The notes under the pieces: generated by a model | The model's input: only the letters and a program-made list of their open reading frames with translations | What the model was told of the DNA's origin: nothing | The model's database searches: none | DNA from: an uncultured Gemmatimonadales bacterium | Lineage (GTDB): Bacteria; Gemmatimonadota; Gemmatimonadetes; Gemmatimonadales; Gemmatimonadaceae | Assembly (NCBI GenBank): GCA_963793305.1 | Contig: CAWBZV010000003.1 | Coordinates: 256,001 to 320,000 of the forward strand | DNA length: 64,000 bases | Direction: 5' to 3' | Shown here: piece after piece, positions 10,239-19,853 of the stretch | Position numbering within the stretch: the stretch's first letter is position 1 | Layout: each line of letters opens with the position of its first letter | Translations under genes and position numbers: made by a program

Positions 10239-11826
10239 CGGTGGGACGATGCGGCGCGGACAACGCTTCCCACAGGACGTGGCCGTCGAGTCGCTCCGAC
10301 GGCTTGACGCCGAGCACGGCCGCGAGCGTCGGCGCCATGTCGACGACGCGCACCGTGTTCGTGTACTTGCCCGGTTTGAATGCCGGACCGGAGAACAGGA
10401 TCGGGACCCAGGCGTCGTAGTCGTATACGGACCCGTGGGACGCCGACCCGCCCGGATCGCCCCAGTACCAGTACGGTTTGAGCGTCACGACGAGCTCCGG
10501 CGCAACGTCGTCCGGGAACATGTGGAACCAGCGGCGAGCGATGAAATCGTGAACGGTATCCTTCTGCGCCAGCGTTCTGACCACATCGATCCGCGCCACT
10601 CCCGGCACCGCCCGGACATTCGCGCTGAACACTCGAATGAGCGAATCCGGATCCACACCGCCAGCCCGTAGCCGGTCCTTATCGACATACAGGCACCCTT
10701 CCGAGAATCGCCATGCAGTCGAATCGACGCCATGGCGTGGGAGCGCCTGGCGGATGTACTCGAAGAATCCCGTGATGTTCACATACCCGGCGCCCGCGTT
10801 CGGATAGCGCCCAGTGTGCACCTCGGGAAATGGCGCCACCCCGTGGTCGGCGGTCAGCGCGAAGATCACCCGGGTCGAGTCGCGGATCGAATACAGCGAG
10901 TCGAGAAACGCGCCGAGGTATTGATCGAGTCGCACGATCTGATCGTGCAGTTCTTTCGAATCGGGCCCATAGCGGTGGCCAATGGCATCCGTGGTCGAGA
11001 GCGAGATCTGGAGCAGATCCGGCACGGGACCTTCGCCGAGGTGCATCGCGCGCACGCCGGCGAGCGCGACTTCGAGCGTGAGCTGATCCATCATCGGCGT
11101 TTGCGCCAGAGCCCGCGTGACGGTCGAGTCGCGCGGCAGCTTGTGCGGGAACACGAAGTCTTTCCCGCCGCTCTCGAACGCGACGGAGTCCGGCTCCGGA
11201 TACGCGCTGTCCGGCAGCAATGGCTTCCACACCTGCCCCGCAAACGAAAGTGGCAGCCGCTTCGCGTTGAACTCGGTGAGCCAGGTCGGCAGCGTATCCG
11301 AGTAGTAGGTGCTGGTCGTGAAGTTGCCGTTGGTGACGAACCACACGGCCGTCTGATGCGCCCGCCCGATCGGAAGAATCGCCGCGCGATCTTTGCGCGA
11401 GACCGAGAGCGCGCGCGAACGCCAGTCGCGCACGCGCATCCAGTCGATCAGCGTCGACCCGCGAAACCGGAACGGCGAGGCGCCGGTGTCGTTCATCGCA
11501 ATGAGCGGCGTCTGCACGTCGAGCACGCCGGCGCTATTGGCGACGATGCCGGTGTGTCGCGGGAATCGACCGGACAGCACCGCCGCGTGTCCCGGCGCGG
11601 TCTCGGTGATCGCGTGGTCCTGGTAGCCCTGCGTGAACACGGCGCCGTGGCGATAGAGCCGGCCGAGTCCGCCAGTGAGCTGCGGCAGGAAGCGCGGGAA
11701 ATAGTCTGAGCGCATCTGGTCGACGGTCAGGAACACGACCAGCGTGGGCGGCGGCGGAGCCTTGGTCTGCGCGACAGCGGCGAGCGGGAGCGTCAGCGCG
11801 GCGAGTGCCAGCGGGAGCCGATTCAC
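10216..11826 (-). CDS. alkaline phosphatase family protein (PafA-like)
   Basis: VDQMR, ETAPGHA, SRKDRAAI, DAIGHRYGP and TADHG motifs; signal peptide from GTG at 11826. Confidence 0.9.
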   Translation of the reverse strand: MNRLPLALAALTLPLAAVAQTKAPPPPTLVVFLTVDQMRSDYFPRFLPQLTGGLGRLYRHGAVFTQGYQDHAITETAPGHAAVLSGRFPRHTGIVANSAGVLDVQTPLIAMNDTGASPFRFRGSTLIDWMRVRDWRSRALSVSRKDRAAILPIGRAHQTAVWFVTNGNFTTSTYYSDTLPTWLTEFNAKRLPLSFAGQVWKPLLPDSAYPEPDSVAFESGGKDFVFPHKLPRDSTVTRALAQTPMMDQLTLEVALAGVRAMHLGEGPVPDLLQISLSTTDAIGHRYGPDSKELHDQIVRLDQYLGAFLDSLYSIRDSTRVIFALTADHGVAPFPEVHTGRYPNAGAGYVNITGFFEYIRQALPRHGVDSTAWRFSEGCLYVDKDRLRAGGVDPDSLIRVFSANVRAVPGVARIDVVRTLAQKDTVHDFIARRWFHMFPDDVAPELVVTLKPYWYWGDPGGSASHGSVYDYDAWVPILFSGPAFKPGKYTNTVRVVDMAPTLAAVLGVKPSERLDGHVLWEALSAPHRPTVVAAAGR

Positions 11827-11887
11827 GCCAGTTAAGCTAGCGCAGGGCTGCAGACTCACGTATCTGATCGGCAACAATCGAGCGGAG

Positions 11888-11965
11888 GCTCGGCGCAGCC
11901 GAGCTCAGGTCAACCGACCAGTCGAGCAGTGCGTAGCCACTGCATCGACGCGCGGCGGAGCCGCG
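11888..11965. repeat. palindromic repeat, copy A (intergenic)
   Basis: Three hairpins; near-identical to 31663-31735 and similar to 21887-21935. Confidence 0.8.
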
Positions 11966-12030
11966 TCTATGTCATCCCCTTGGGACAACACTCGTGTTCG
12001 AACGACGACATTTCGCCTTCGGGCAAGCCG

Positions 12031-12075
12031 TAAGTCGTTGATTTACTTACACGACCGCCCCGGCACCGAGCCTGC
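12031..12075 (+). promoter_or_regulatory. IHF site plus sigma54 -24/-12 promoter
   Basis: 12031-12043 reverse complement is AATCAACGACTTA (IHF consensus WATCAANNNNTTR); CGGCAC-N5-CTGC with GG 12062-63 and GC 12074-75. Confidence 0.65.
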
Positions 12076-12108
12076 CTTAGACACGATGCCCCCCCGGTCG
12101 GAGGACCG

Positions 12109-12804
12109 ATGTTCCGTAAGGCGCTCTTGTTCGCGCTCGCGTTCCCGCTGGCAGTCTCGACGCTTTCCGCGCAGTGGGTCGATCGACCCTACTATCGCGT
12201 GCCAGGCTCGACGCTGCCGGCTTTCCAGATCACGCCCTATGTCGGCTATATCGACTTCGGTCGCTATATCAACGGCCCGCTGGGCCAGGATGTGCAGCTT
12301 CCGAATGGCCCGATCTTCGGCGGCCAAGTCTCGCTGTCCTTAACGCGCTACGTCGCGGTTTTCGGCGAGCTCGGGTACGCGACTTCGAACCAAAGAGTGA
12401 CGCCATACGGGTATGGCGGAGTGTTCTCCTCGAATAGCTCAGGTATCTGGGTCTACGATGGCGGACTCCAGCTCATGGCACCATTTCGCGCCGCGGATCG
12501 TCACTGGTTGGTGCCATTCGTGCAAGTTGGTGCAGGCGGTATCGACTATCGGTTGTACAACTACAACAATGGCGGTATCGCAACGGATCAACGTTTTGCA
12601 TGGAACGGTGGTGTAGGCTTTGATTATCATTTCACGCGACAAGTCGGGTTGCGCCTGATGGCGAAGGACTACATCGCGATGTTCAACGTGCCACATACGG
12701 TTATCGTACCCGCCGCCGGCGGGGGCACGACGACGACGCAAGTCACGGCGCAGAATAACAACAACAATTACGCCTTCTCAGCGGGTTTGAACATTGGATT
12801 CTGA
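12109..12804 (+). CDS. outer-membrane beta-barrel protein
   Basis: Signal peptide, amphipathic strands (PFVQVGAG), terminal Phe; GGAGGA RBS. Confidence 0.8.
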   Translation: MFRKALLFALAFPLAVSTLSAQWVDRPYYRVPGSTLPAFQITPYVGYIDFGRYINGPLGQDVQLPNGPIFGGQVSLSLTRYVAVFGELGYATSNQRVTPYGYGGVFSSNSSGIWVYDGGLQLMAPFRAADRHWLVPFVQVGAGGIDYRLYNYNNGGIATDQRFAWNGGVGFDYHFTRQVGLRLMAKDYIAMFNVPHTVIVPAAGGGTTTTQVTAQNNNNNYAFSAGLNIGF

Positions 12805-12841
12805 ACCTCAACGCCCAGCACTCGAACGTTGGCTCGCGCTC

Positions 12842-13123
12842 ATGAGTGACCAGGAAGCGCGGCGCTTATTGCGAGAGTGCGTGGACCGCTACCGTCGCCG
12901 GCCGTACGCCGAGCTCCGCCGCGCGTGCGGTGACGACCCGGCGACGGTCGACGTCGCCGGGCGCTCCGGAGCGCATTATCGGATCATGGTGCACGTCGTG
13001 CCCGACAGCAGCGACGCGCGCCCGGACGCCGTCCGCGTGATCGCGCGGATGAGCGGCGACGAGTCCCTCGAGCGTCTACGCGACGAGTTTACGGTCGCGC
13101 CGAAGAGCCACGCCGGCGTGTAG
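12842..13123 (+). CDS. small hypothetical protein
   Basis: ORF with GC-rich codon pattern filling the gap; no recognised motif. Confidence 0.5.
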   Translation: MSDQEARRLLRECVDRYRRRPYAELRRACGDDPATVDVAGRSGAHYRIMVHVVPDSSDARPDAVRVIARMSGDESLERLRDEFTVAPKSHAGV

Positions 13124-13591
13124 CTGTTTCGACACGCAGATCTCGTCGCACGCCATCCGGCGCGGGCAGATCACGCAATCACGGCAGATCTTCTCGGGAT
13201 ACCGCGCGCGGTCCACGACCGCGTAGTCCATCGACTCGAAGAACCCGGTCGTCAGAGTCAACGCGAACACTTCGGTGATGCCGCGCGCGGTGCCGAGCGC
13301 TTCGACGCGCTCGACGAGCTGCCGCCCGATGCCCATCCCATGGGCCGCCCGCGCGACCGCCACGGACGCGACCTCGGCGAGCGACGGCGCATACTCCCGA
13401 AGCGCGGCGCAGCCGAGGAGTCGACCGTGCCGGTCCGTGGCGACGATGAAGTCATCGATGGCCAACGAGATGGCCTCCACCGTCTTCGGCAGCATGATCC
13501 GCTCGGCCGCATACCCGTTGATCAGGGCCGCGATGTTGTTGACGTCGGAGTCACGCCCACGCCGATAGATCACGTTATTCACTCCGTTCAT
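13076..13591 (-). CDS. short GNAT amino-acid N-acetyltransferase (ArgA-like)
   Basis: LAEVASVAV and GMGIGRQLV acetyl-CoA motif; last gene of the argCBD operon. Confidence 0.8.
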   Translation of the reverse strand: MNGVNNVIYRRGRDSDVNNIAALINGYAAERIMLPKTVEAISLAIDDFIVATDRHGRLLGCAALREYAPSLAEVASVAVARAAHGMGIGRQLVERVEALGTARGITEVFALTLTTGFFESMDYAVVDRARYPEKICRDCVICPRRMACDEICVSKQLHAGVALRRDRKLVA

Positions 13592-14766
13592 GCTAGTGAT
13601 GCCTCGAGTCGCGAGAGGCCATCGGCCAACTCATCGCGACGAATTGTCAAAGGAGGTAAGAGGCGGACCGTGTGGTCGCCGGCGGACAACACCAACAGCC
13701 CGCGCTCCCGCGCGCGCCCAACGATATCAGCGGCGGGCTGCACGGTATCAATGCCCCACATGAGCCCCACCCCACGGACGGCCCGAACGTCCGCACGCCG
13801 ACTCGACAACTCGCCGAGAGCAGCCTCCAGCCATGCGCCGTGGGAGCGCACCGTGGCCAGCAACGTCTCGTCGCTGAGCCGCTCGACGACGTAGCGCGCG
13901 ACCGCGGCGACGAACGGACCGCCGCCGAAGGTCGTGCCGTGATCGCCAGGCTGCACCGCGCGCGCGATCTCGTCCGAGAGCAGAATCGCGCCCATCGGCA
14001 ATCCGCCCGCGAGCGGCTTGGCCAGCGTCATGAGATCCGGCGTAATGCCGGACCGCTCGTGCGCAAACAGCCAACCAGTGCGAGCGAGCCCGCACTGAAT
14101 TTCATCCAGGATAAGTGCGACCTTCCGCTCGCGCGTGAGCGCGCGCAGCTCGCGCAAGAACCCTTCGTCGAGCACCCGCACACCACCTTCACCCTGCACG
14201 GGCTCGACGATGACCGCCGCCACCGTCTCGGCGTCGAGCATGCCATCGAGCTCTCGCAAATCGCGCTCGGCGATCGAGACGCCACCCGCGAGCGGACGAT
14301 AGGGCAGGCGATACGACGGCCGGTCGGTTGCCGCCAACGACGCGAACAGCCGACCGTGGAAGGCGCCGCGCAATGCGATGATCTCGTGCTTGGGCGCGCC
14401 ACCAATCGTTCGCGCCCAGCGGCGGGCGAACTTGAACGCGCCCTCGTTGGCCTCGGCGCCCGAATTGCAAAAGAACACGCGGTCGGCGAACGAGTGCTCG
14501 ACGAACCAGCGCGCCAGCGACTCGCCGGGCTCGGTGCGATACAAATTCGATACGTGCACGAGGCCATCGGCCGCGGCGTGCATGGCCTCTCTCAAGCCCT
14601 CATCGCCATACCCCAGCGCATTGACCGCAATGCCACTCGTGAAATCGAGATAGGCGTTGCCCTCGTCATCAAACAGCTCGGCGCCCTCGCCGCGCACAAT
14701 GCGCATGGGCGCGCGCTTGTACGTCGCCAGAATCGCGTCGCCAGTATCCACATATGCGCTCGTCAC
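13588..14766 (-). CDS. argD: acetylornithine aminotransferase
   Basis: NSGAEANEGA, EPVQGEGG, DEIQCG, TLAKPLAGG and HGTTFGG motifs. Confidence 0.93.
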   Translation of the reverse strand: MTSAYVDTGDAILATYKRAPMRIVRGEGAELFDDEGNAYLDFTSGIAVNALGYGDEGLREAMHAAADGLVHVSNLYRTEPGESLARWFVEHSFADRVFFCNSGAEANEGAFKFARRWARTIGGAPKHEIIALRGAFHGRLFASLAATDRPSYRLPYRPLAGGVSIAERDLRELDGMLDAETVAAVIVEPVQGEGGVRVLDEGFLRELRALTRERKVALILDEIQCGLARTGWLFAHERSGITPDLMTLAKPLAGGLPMGAILLSDEIARAVQPGDHGTTFGGGPFVAAVARYVVERLSDETLLATVRSHGAWLEAALGELSSRRADVRAVRGVGLMWGIDTVQPAADIVGRARERGLLVLSAGDHTVRLLPPLTIRRDELADGLSRLEASLA

Positions 14767-15440
14767 GCCAGCACCTCCGGGACGACCGTCGTCCCCGCGT
14801 CCTCGTCCGCCAGCATGGTGAGATCGCCGATCCTCACGCGACCCACCCCGGATTCGGCCGCGCTCGACGCAGCGGCCATCTTCGCGTGCATGCCCCCCGT
14901 TACGCCGCCCGGAAGAACGCCGGGCACGTCGGACACGAACAGCAGCTCGTCGGCTCCGAGCGCGACGGCGATCGCCGAGGCGGCATCATCGCCATTGACG
15001 TTGAGCCCACTGGCGAGCGGCGACACAACGGGCAGGTAGCGACCAGCAAGGAGGTGCCGCAGCACGGTCACGCGCACCGCGCGCACGGTGCCAACGGCGC
15101 CGAGCGCGCCGTCCTCGGCCACCACGGCCGACAGGAGCGCGGCGTCTTCGCCCGAGAGGCCGAGCGCATCTGCGCCGACCGCGACCAGCGCGGCGACGAG
15201 GCGCTTGTTGGCCAGGCCGGAGAGCGCCATGCGCAGGCGATCGATGTCCTCTGGGGCGGTGACGCGCCGGCCATTCACGAACCGCGGCTCGACGCCGGCG
15301 GCACGCTGCAGGGACGAGACTTCGTCTCCGCCGCCATGCACGACAACCAGGGCGCTCGGCGCTTCGCGCCAGCGCGCGGCGATCGCCTGGGCGAGACGCG
15401 GATCGTTTTGGGCACGGCCGCCGACTTTAATAACCTTCAT
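14763..15440 (-). CDS. argB: acetylglutamate kinase
   Basis: Starts [18 protein letters not shown] and GGMHAK motifs. Confidence 0.9.
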   Translation of the reverse strand: MKVIKVGGRAQNDPRLAQAIAARWREAPSALVVVHGGGDEVSSLQRAAGVEPRFVNGRRVTAPEDIDRLRMALSGLANKRLVAALVAVGADALGLSGEDAALLSAVVAEDGALGAVGTVRAVRVTVLRHLLAGRYLPVVSPLASGLNVNGDDAASAIAVALGADELLFVSDVPGVLPGGVTGGMHAKMAAASSAAESGVGRVRIGDLTMLADEDAGTTVVPEVLA

Positions 15441-16391
15441 CGGGGCAGCCCCGCGGTCTCGTCGATGCCGAGCAGCAGGTTGGCGTTCTGCATCGCCTGG
15501 CCGGCCGCGCCCTTGAGCAGGTTGTCGATGGCGACGTGGACGATCACGACGGGCCGGCGCACGCCTTCCGCGGCGGTCACCGAGATGGCCGCGACGTTGC
15601 GGTGCGTGACGTCGCGCAGCGACGGCGCGCTCGAGACGACATTCGACAAATGGCTCGCCGGCATAGTATGCCGCGAACATGCTGGCGGCATCGTCCAAGC
15701 GATCGATGACGGGCACGGTGATCGTGGCGAGGATCCCGCGCGCGACCGGCAACAGGTGCGGCGTGAACACGAGATCCAGGTCCGCGCCGAGCGCGCCGAG
15801 TGTCGCCCGCATCTCGTCGAGGTGCCGATGGGTATTGCCGACCGCATAGGCGCGGTAATCCTCGGTCACTTCGGCGAACAGCATCTCGCGCTTGGGCGAG
15901 TTCCCCGCGCCGGTGACGCCGCTCGCGGCGTCGGCCGTGACGGTCGCGCCGGGCATGACGACGGCATTGGCGACGAGAGGCGCCAGGCCGAGCAGCACGG
16001 CGGTTGCATAGCAGCCGGGATTGGCGACCAGGTTGGCGTTGCTCACGGCCCAGCGGGTCGGGGGCCCAAGCTCGGGCAACCCATAGGGCGCCGTGGCCCG
16101 GTGGTCGGCCGAGAGATCCACGACCTTGGCGCCGGCCTCCTGCGCGCGCGCGACGTAGGGCGCCGAGGCGCCATGCGGGAGCGCGCTGAACACGAGCGCG
16201 CAATCGCCGAACGGCGCGTCATCGGTCGCCACGAACGTCACGGCGCGACCGCCAACGCGGACGCATTCGCCTTGACGCTCGTTCGCCGCCGCGAACGCGA
16301 GGGTGAGCGCGGGATGCCGTGCCGCGAGCGCGCAGAGTTCGCGTCCCGCGTAGCCACTGGCCCCCAATACGCCCACAGGGTACTTATGCAT
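15437..16391 (-). CDS. argC: N-acetyl-gamma-glutamyl-phosphate reductase (one +1 frameshift at ~15641)
   Basis: GASGYAG, ANPGCY and SGVTGAG motifs; C-terminal [14 protein letters not shown] lies in the adjacent frame; TGA overlaps the argB ATG. Confidence 0.92.
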
Positions 16392-16413
16392 CGTTAATGC
16401 ATAATCTTGCATC
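16379..16413. promoter_or_regulatory. ARG box(es) over the argC promoter/start
   Basis: Minus strand TGCAAgattATGCA matches TGMAT-N4-ATKCA with one mismatch, followed by a weaker tandem box; argR is adjacent. Confidence 0.65.
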
Positions 16414-16437
16414 TGGTCTCCGTCAATACATGCGAAC

Positions 16438-16467
16438 AAAAAAGCCGCCCGTTGCATAGGGGCGGCT
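16438..16467 (-). terminator. intrinsic terminator upstream of argC
   Basis: AGCCGCCC/GGGCGGCT stem followed by a U-tract on the minus strand. Confidence 0.75.
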
Positions 16468-16501
16468 GCGAGGAACGAGTCGGCTGACGGTTATTCGATA
16501 G

Positions 16502-16576
16502 TCAGTACACACCCTCCCAGGCAGCACCTTCCCCTGTCGGGAACGGTCGCGGGCTGGGCACTCGGGCGGCGTACAT
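16502..16576 (-). CDS. putative 24-aa leader peptide upstream of argC
   Basis: MYAARVPSPRPFPTGEGAAWEGVY, followed by a terminator whose 5' arm can pair with the 3' part of the uORF. Confidence 0.4.
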   Translation of the reverse strand: MYAARVPSPRPFPTGEGAAWEGVY

Positions 16577-16624
16577 GTACGATAGGTACAACCGGAATAG
16601 ACTGAAAGTCAACGGAGGGAGCGG

Positions 16625-17086
16625 GTGGCGAACAAACGGGAGCGGCAGGCGACGATCCTCGAGCTGATCGCGGCGGAGCCCGTCGCGAGTCAGGAGGATT
16701 TGCGCGCGCTCCTCAAGCAGCGCGGTTGGTCTGTCACGCAGTCGACGCTCTCGCGTGACATTCAAGAGCTGCGGCTCGCCCGCGTCTCGACCGACGAGGG
16801 CACGCGCTACCAGCGTGGCGACGCCGGCCCCACCGCCCGCGAGCGCCGGGCGCTCGACGCCTTTCTTCCCCAACTCCTGACGAACATCGACGGCGTTCGC
16901 GAGTTTCTCGTCGTCAAGACCGAGCCCGGCGGCGCCCAGGCCGTCGGTGAGGCGATCGACCGCGAGCCCAACGCCGGCGTCCTTGGGACCATCGCTGGCG
17001 ACAACACCGTTCTCGTGATCTGCCGCTCGACCGAGGCCCGCGAGCGCCTCGCCCGCCGCCTCAAGTCCATCGCCGCGGATCGATAG
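16625..17086 (+). CDS. argR: arginine repressor
   Basis: VTQSTLSRDI HTH and GTIAGDNT motifs. Confidence 0.95.
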   Translation: MANKRERQATILELIAAEPVASQEDLRALLKQRGWSVTQSTLSRDIQELRLARVSTDEGTRYQRGDAGPTARERRALDAFLPQLLTNIDGVREFLVVKTEPGGAQAVGEAIDREPNAGVLGTIAGDNTVLVICRSTEARERLARRLKSIAADR

Positions 17087-17104
17087 TTAACGTCTTGGGT
17101 CTTT

Positions 17105-17143
17105 CATGATTAATTATGCATCGTTTGCGCATGTATTCCCATC
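17105..17143. promoter_or_regulatory. ARG box(es) upstream of argG
   Basis: caTGATTaattATGCAtc at 17105-17122, plus a weaker box 3 bp downstream. Confidence 0.65.
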
Positions 17144-17160
17144 TAGCGGACTTTGCATAA

Positions 17161-18378
17161 ATGCCCAGCTCAATCGTCCTCGCCTATTCCGGCGGACTCG
17201 ATACTTCAGTGATCGTCCCGTGGCTCAAGGAGCACTACCCGGGTGCCCGGGTGACGTGCGTCGCGGCTGACATCGGCCAGGGCGACGAGCTCGCCGGCGT
17301 GCGCGAAAAGGCGCTCGCCTCGGGCGCCGATGCCTGCTACATCGAGGACCTGAGACGCGAGTTCGTCGAGGACTTCATCTGGCCCACGCTGCGCGCAGGC
17401 GCGGTGTATGGCCGCAAATACCTCCTCGGCACGTCGATGGCCCGTCCGCTGATCGCCCGCCGCCAGGTAGAGATCGCGCGCACGATCGGCGCTGATGCTT
17501 TGGCGCACGGGTGCACCGGCAAAGGCAACGATCAGGTGCGCTTCGAGCTCACCTATGCGGCGTTCGCGCCGGACCTCCCGGTGATCGCCCCGTGGCGCGT
17601 CTGGGACATCCGGAGCCGCGAAGATGCGATCGCCTATGCCAAGCGCCACGGCATCCCCGTGACCGCGACGGTCGAGAAGATCTACTCGCGCGACCGGAAC
17701 CTCTGGCACGTATCGCACGAGGGCGGCGCGCTGGAGAACCCGGACTCTTTTCCGGCGAGTGATGTCTTCCAGCTCACGACCGACCCGCTCCTGGCCCCGG
17801 AAGAGCCCGAGGACGTCACGATCGACTTCGAGGCCGGCACACCGATCGCGGTCAACGGCCGCGTGCTCGATGCCGTCTCGCTCGTCGCGGCGCTCAACAC
17901 CATCGGCGCCCGGCACGGGGTCGGGCGCATCGATCTCGTCGAAGATCGGCTCGTCGGAATGAAGTCGCGCGGCGTCTACGAGACCCCAGGCGGCACGCTC
18001 CTCTTCGCGGCCCACAGCGAGCTGGAGCAACTCACGCTCGACCGCCGGACCCTCGCGTCCAAGGACCTAATCGCACCCCGCTACGCCGATTTGGTTTACG
18101 AAGGGCGCTGGTGGACGACGGAGCGCGAGGCCTATGATGCCTTTGTGGCCGTAACCCAGGCCCGCGTCAGCGGGTCGATCACGCTGCGCCTCTACAAAGG
18201 CTCCGTGGCCATTGCGGGACGGTCGAGCGACAACGCACTGTACGACGAGCGATTTGTCACGTTCGGCGAGGACGACGTGTATCAACAGAGCGATGCAGCG
18301 GGCTTCATCCGCCTGTATGGGCTATCAGCACGAGTGCAGGCCCTGAAAGATCAGGAGAAAGCATATGCCGTCGCCTGA
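17161..18378 (+). CDS. argG: argininosuccinate synthase
   Basis: [22 protein letters not shown] and [11 protein letters not shown] motifs. Confidence 0.97.
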   Translation: MPSSIVLAYSGGLDTSVIVPWLKEHYPGARVTCVAADIGQGDELAGVREKALASGADACYIEDLRREFVEDFIWPTLRAGAVYGRKYLLGTSMARPLIARRQVEIARTIGADALAHGCTGKGNDQVRFELTYAAFAPDLPVIAPWRVWDIRSREDAIAYAKRHGIPVTATVEKIYSRDRNLWHVSHEGGALENPDSFPASDVFQLTTDPLLAPEEPEDVTIDFEAGTPIAVNGRVLDAVSLVAALNTIGARHGVGRIDLVEDRLVGMKSRGVYETPGGTLLFAAHSELEQLTLDRRTLASKDLIAPRYADLVYEGRWWTTEREAYDAFVAVTQARVSGSITLRLYKGSVAIAGRSSDNALYDERFVTFGEDDVYQQSDAAGFIRLYGLSARVQALKDQEKAYAVA

Positions 18379-19820
18379 CGACACGGCGCGAGAACGCGCC
18401 CATCGGCTGTGGGGCGGCCGTTTCGGCACGTCGAGCGCCGCGGCCCTCGATGCGCTGAACCGGTCGATCGATGTCGACTTCCGCCTCTGGCCATTCGACG
18501 TGCAGCTGTCGAAAGCCTGGGCCGTCGCCCTCTGGCAAGCGGGCGTGCTGACGCTCGATGAGAGCAAGCGCATGGAGTCGGGACTCGATGCCGTCGGGAT
18601 CGATCTCGCCGCCGGCGCGATCCCGCTGGCATCGGACGAAGACGTGCACACGATGATCGACCGGATGCTGTCCGACGAGATCGGCTCGCTCGCCGCCAAG
18701 CTGCACACGGGACGCAGCCGCAACGACCAGGTCGCGACCGCCACCCGCCTCTGGTGCGCCGACGCGGCCGCGCAGGTCGCCGAGGCCGTCCGGGCGATGC
18801 AGCGGGTGCTGCTCGCGCACGCCGAGGCCCTGGGCGACACGCTGATGCCGGCGTACACCCACCTCCAGCGCGCCCAGCCCGTCTCGGCCGCGCACTGGCT
18901 CCTCGGCCACTTCTGGCCACTCGACCGCGATCACGACCGGATCATGCACGCCGGCCGCTCCGCGGTCGCGGCGCTCCCATTGGGCGCCGGCGCCATCGCT
19001 GGCTCGGCCTATCCAGTCTCCCGCGTGCTCCTCAAGGAGAGCCTCGGGTTCACGGGCCTCACGCCGAACAGCATCGACGCGGTCGGCGATCGGGATTTCG
19101 TGGCCGAGCTGCTGTTCGCCCTGACCATGCTCGGCGTGCACGTCTCGCGACTGGCCGAGGATCTCATTCTGTTCGGCTCGGCCGAGTTCTCGTTCGTGCA
19201 GTTCGGCGAGGCGTTCACGACCGGCTCGAGCATGATGCCGCAGAAACGGAACCCAGACGCGTTGGAATTGTCGCGCGCGTCGAGCGCTCGGATGCTCGGT
19301 GATCTGGTCGCCCTTGTCACGACGCTCAAGGGCCTGCCCAGTGGGTACAACAAGGACATGCAGGACGACAAGCGGGCGTTGTTCGACGCCGTCGACACCA
19401 TGCGCCTGGTTCTCCCCGCGTTGGCGGGAGCGGTTGGCGAGCTCACGTTCAAGGCCGACCGGATGGCGGCGGCGCTCTCCAGCACGATGATGGCGACCGA
19501 CCTCGCCGATTACCTGGTGCGAAAAGGCGCAACGTTCCGCGATGCGCACCGGGCGGTCGGAGAGATCATCCGGACCGCTGAAGCGAAACGGGTCGACCTC
19601 GGCCAGTTGCCGCTCGACACGTACGTCGCGGCTCACCCCCTATTTGGCGCGGAACGTCTTCGAGGCACTCTCGCCCAAGGCGTCGACCGAGCAGCGGGAG
19701 ATCCCTGGCGGCACCGGCCCGAACGCGGTCCGCGACCAAATCGAGGCCGCAAGGGCCACCCTTCGTCCAACGCGTGAGACACCGCGCGGAAACGAGATGC
19801 CGTTGCTCGCGGTGGGGTAG
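18365..19820 (+). CDS. argH: argininosuccinate lyase (one +1 frameshift at ~19654)
   Basis: [15 protein letters not shown] and [12 protein letters not shown] motifs; the C-terminal GGTGP segment lies in the next frame. Confidence 0.95.
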
Positions 19821-19853
19821 CCAGGTCGCTCTCCCGGGGCGCAATTTAGAGGC

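Noticed and set aside
13076..13200. Cys cluster at the GNAT C-terminus as a novel feature
   Set aside because: A Cys-rich tail is a usual feature of short ArgA-type acetyltransferases.
14763..16457. Apparent 564-aa ArgC-ArgB fusion in the ORF track
   Set aside because: Produced by a +1 insertion near 15641; the real ArgC C-terminus is in another frame and stops at the argB ATG.
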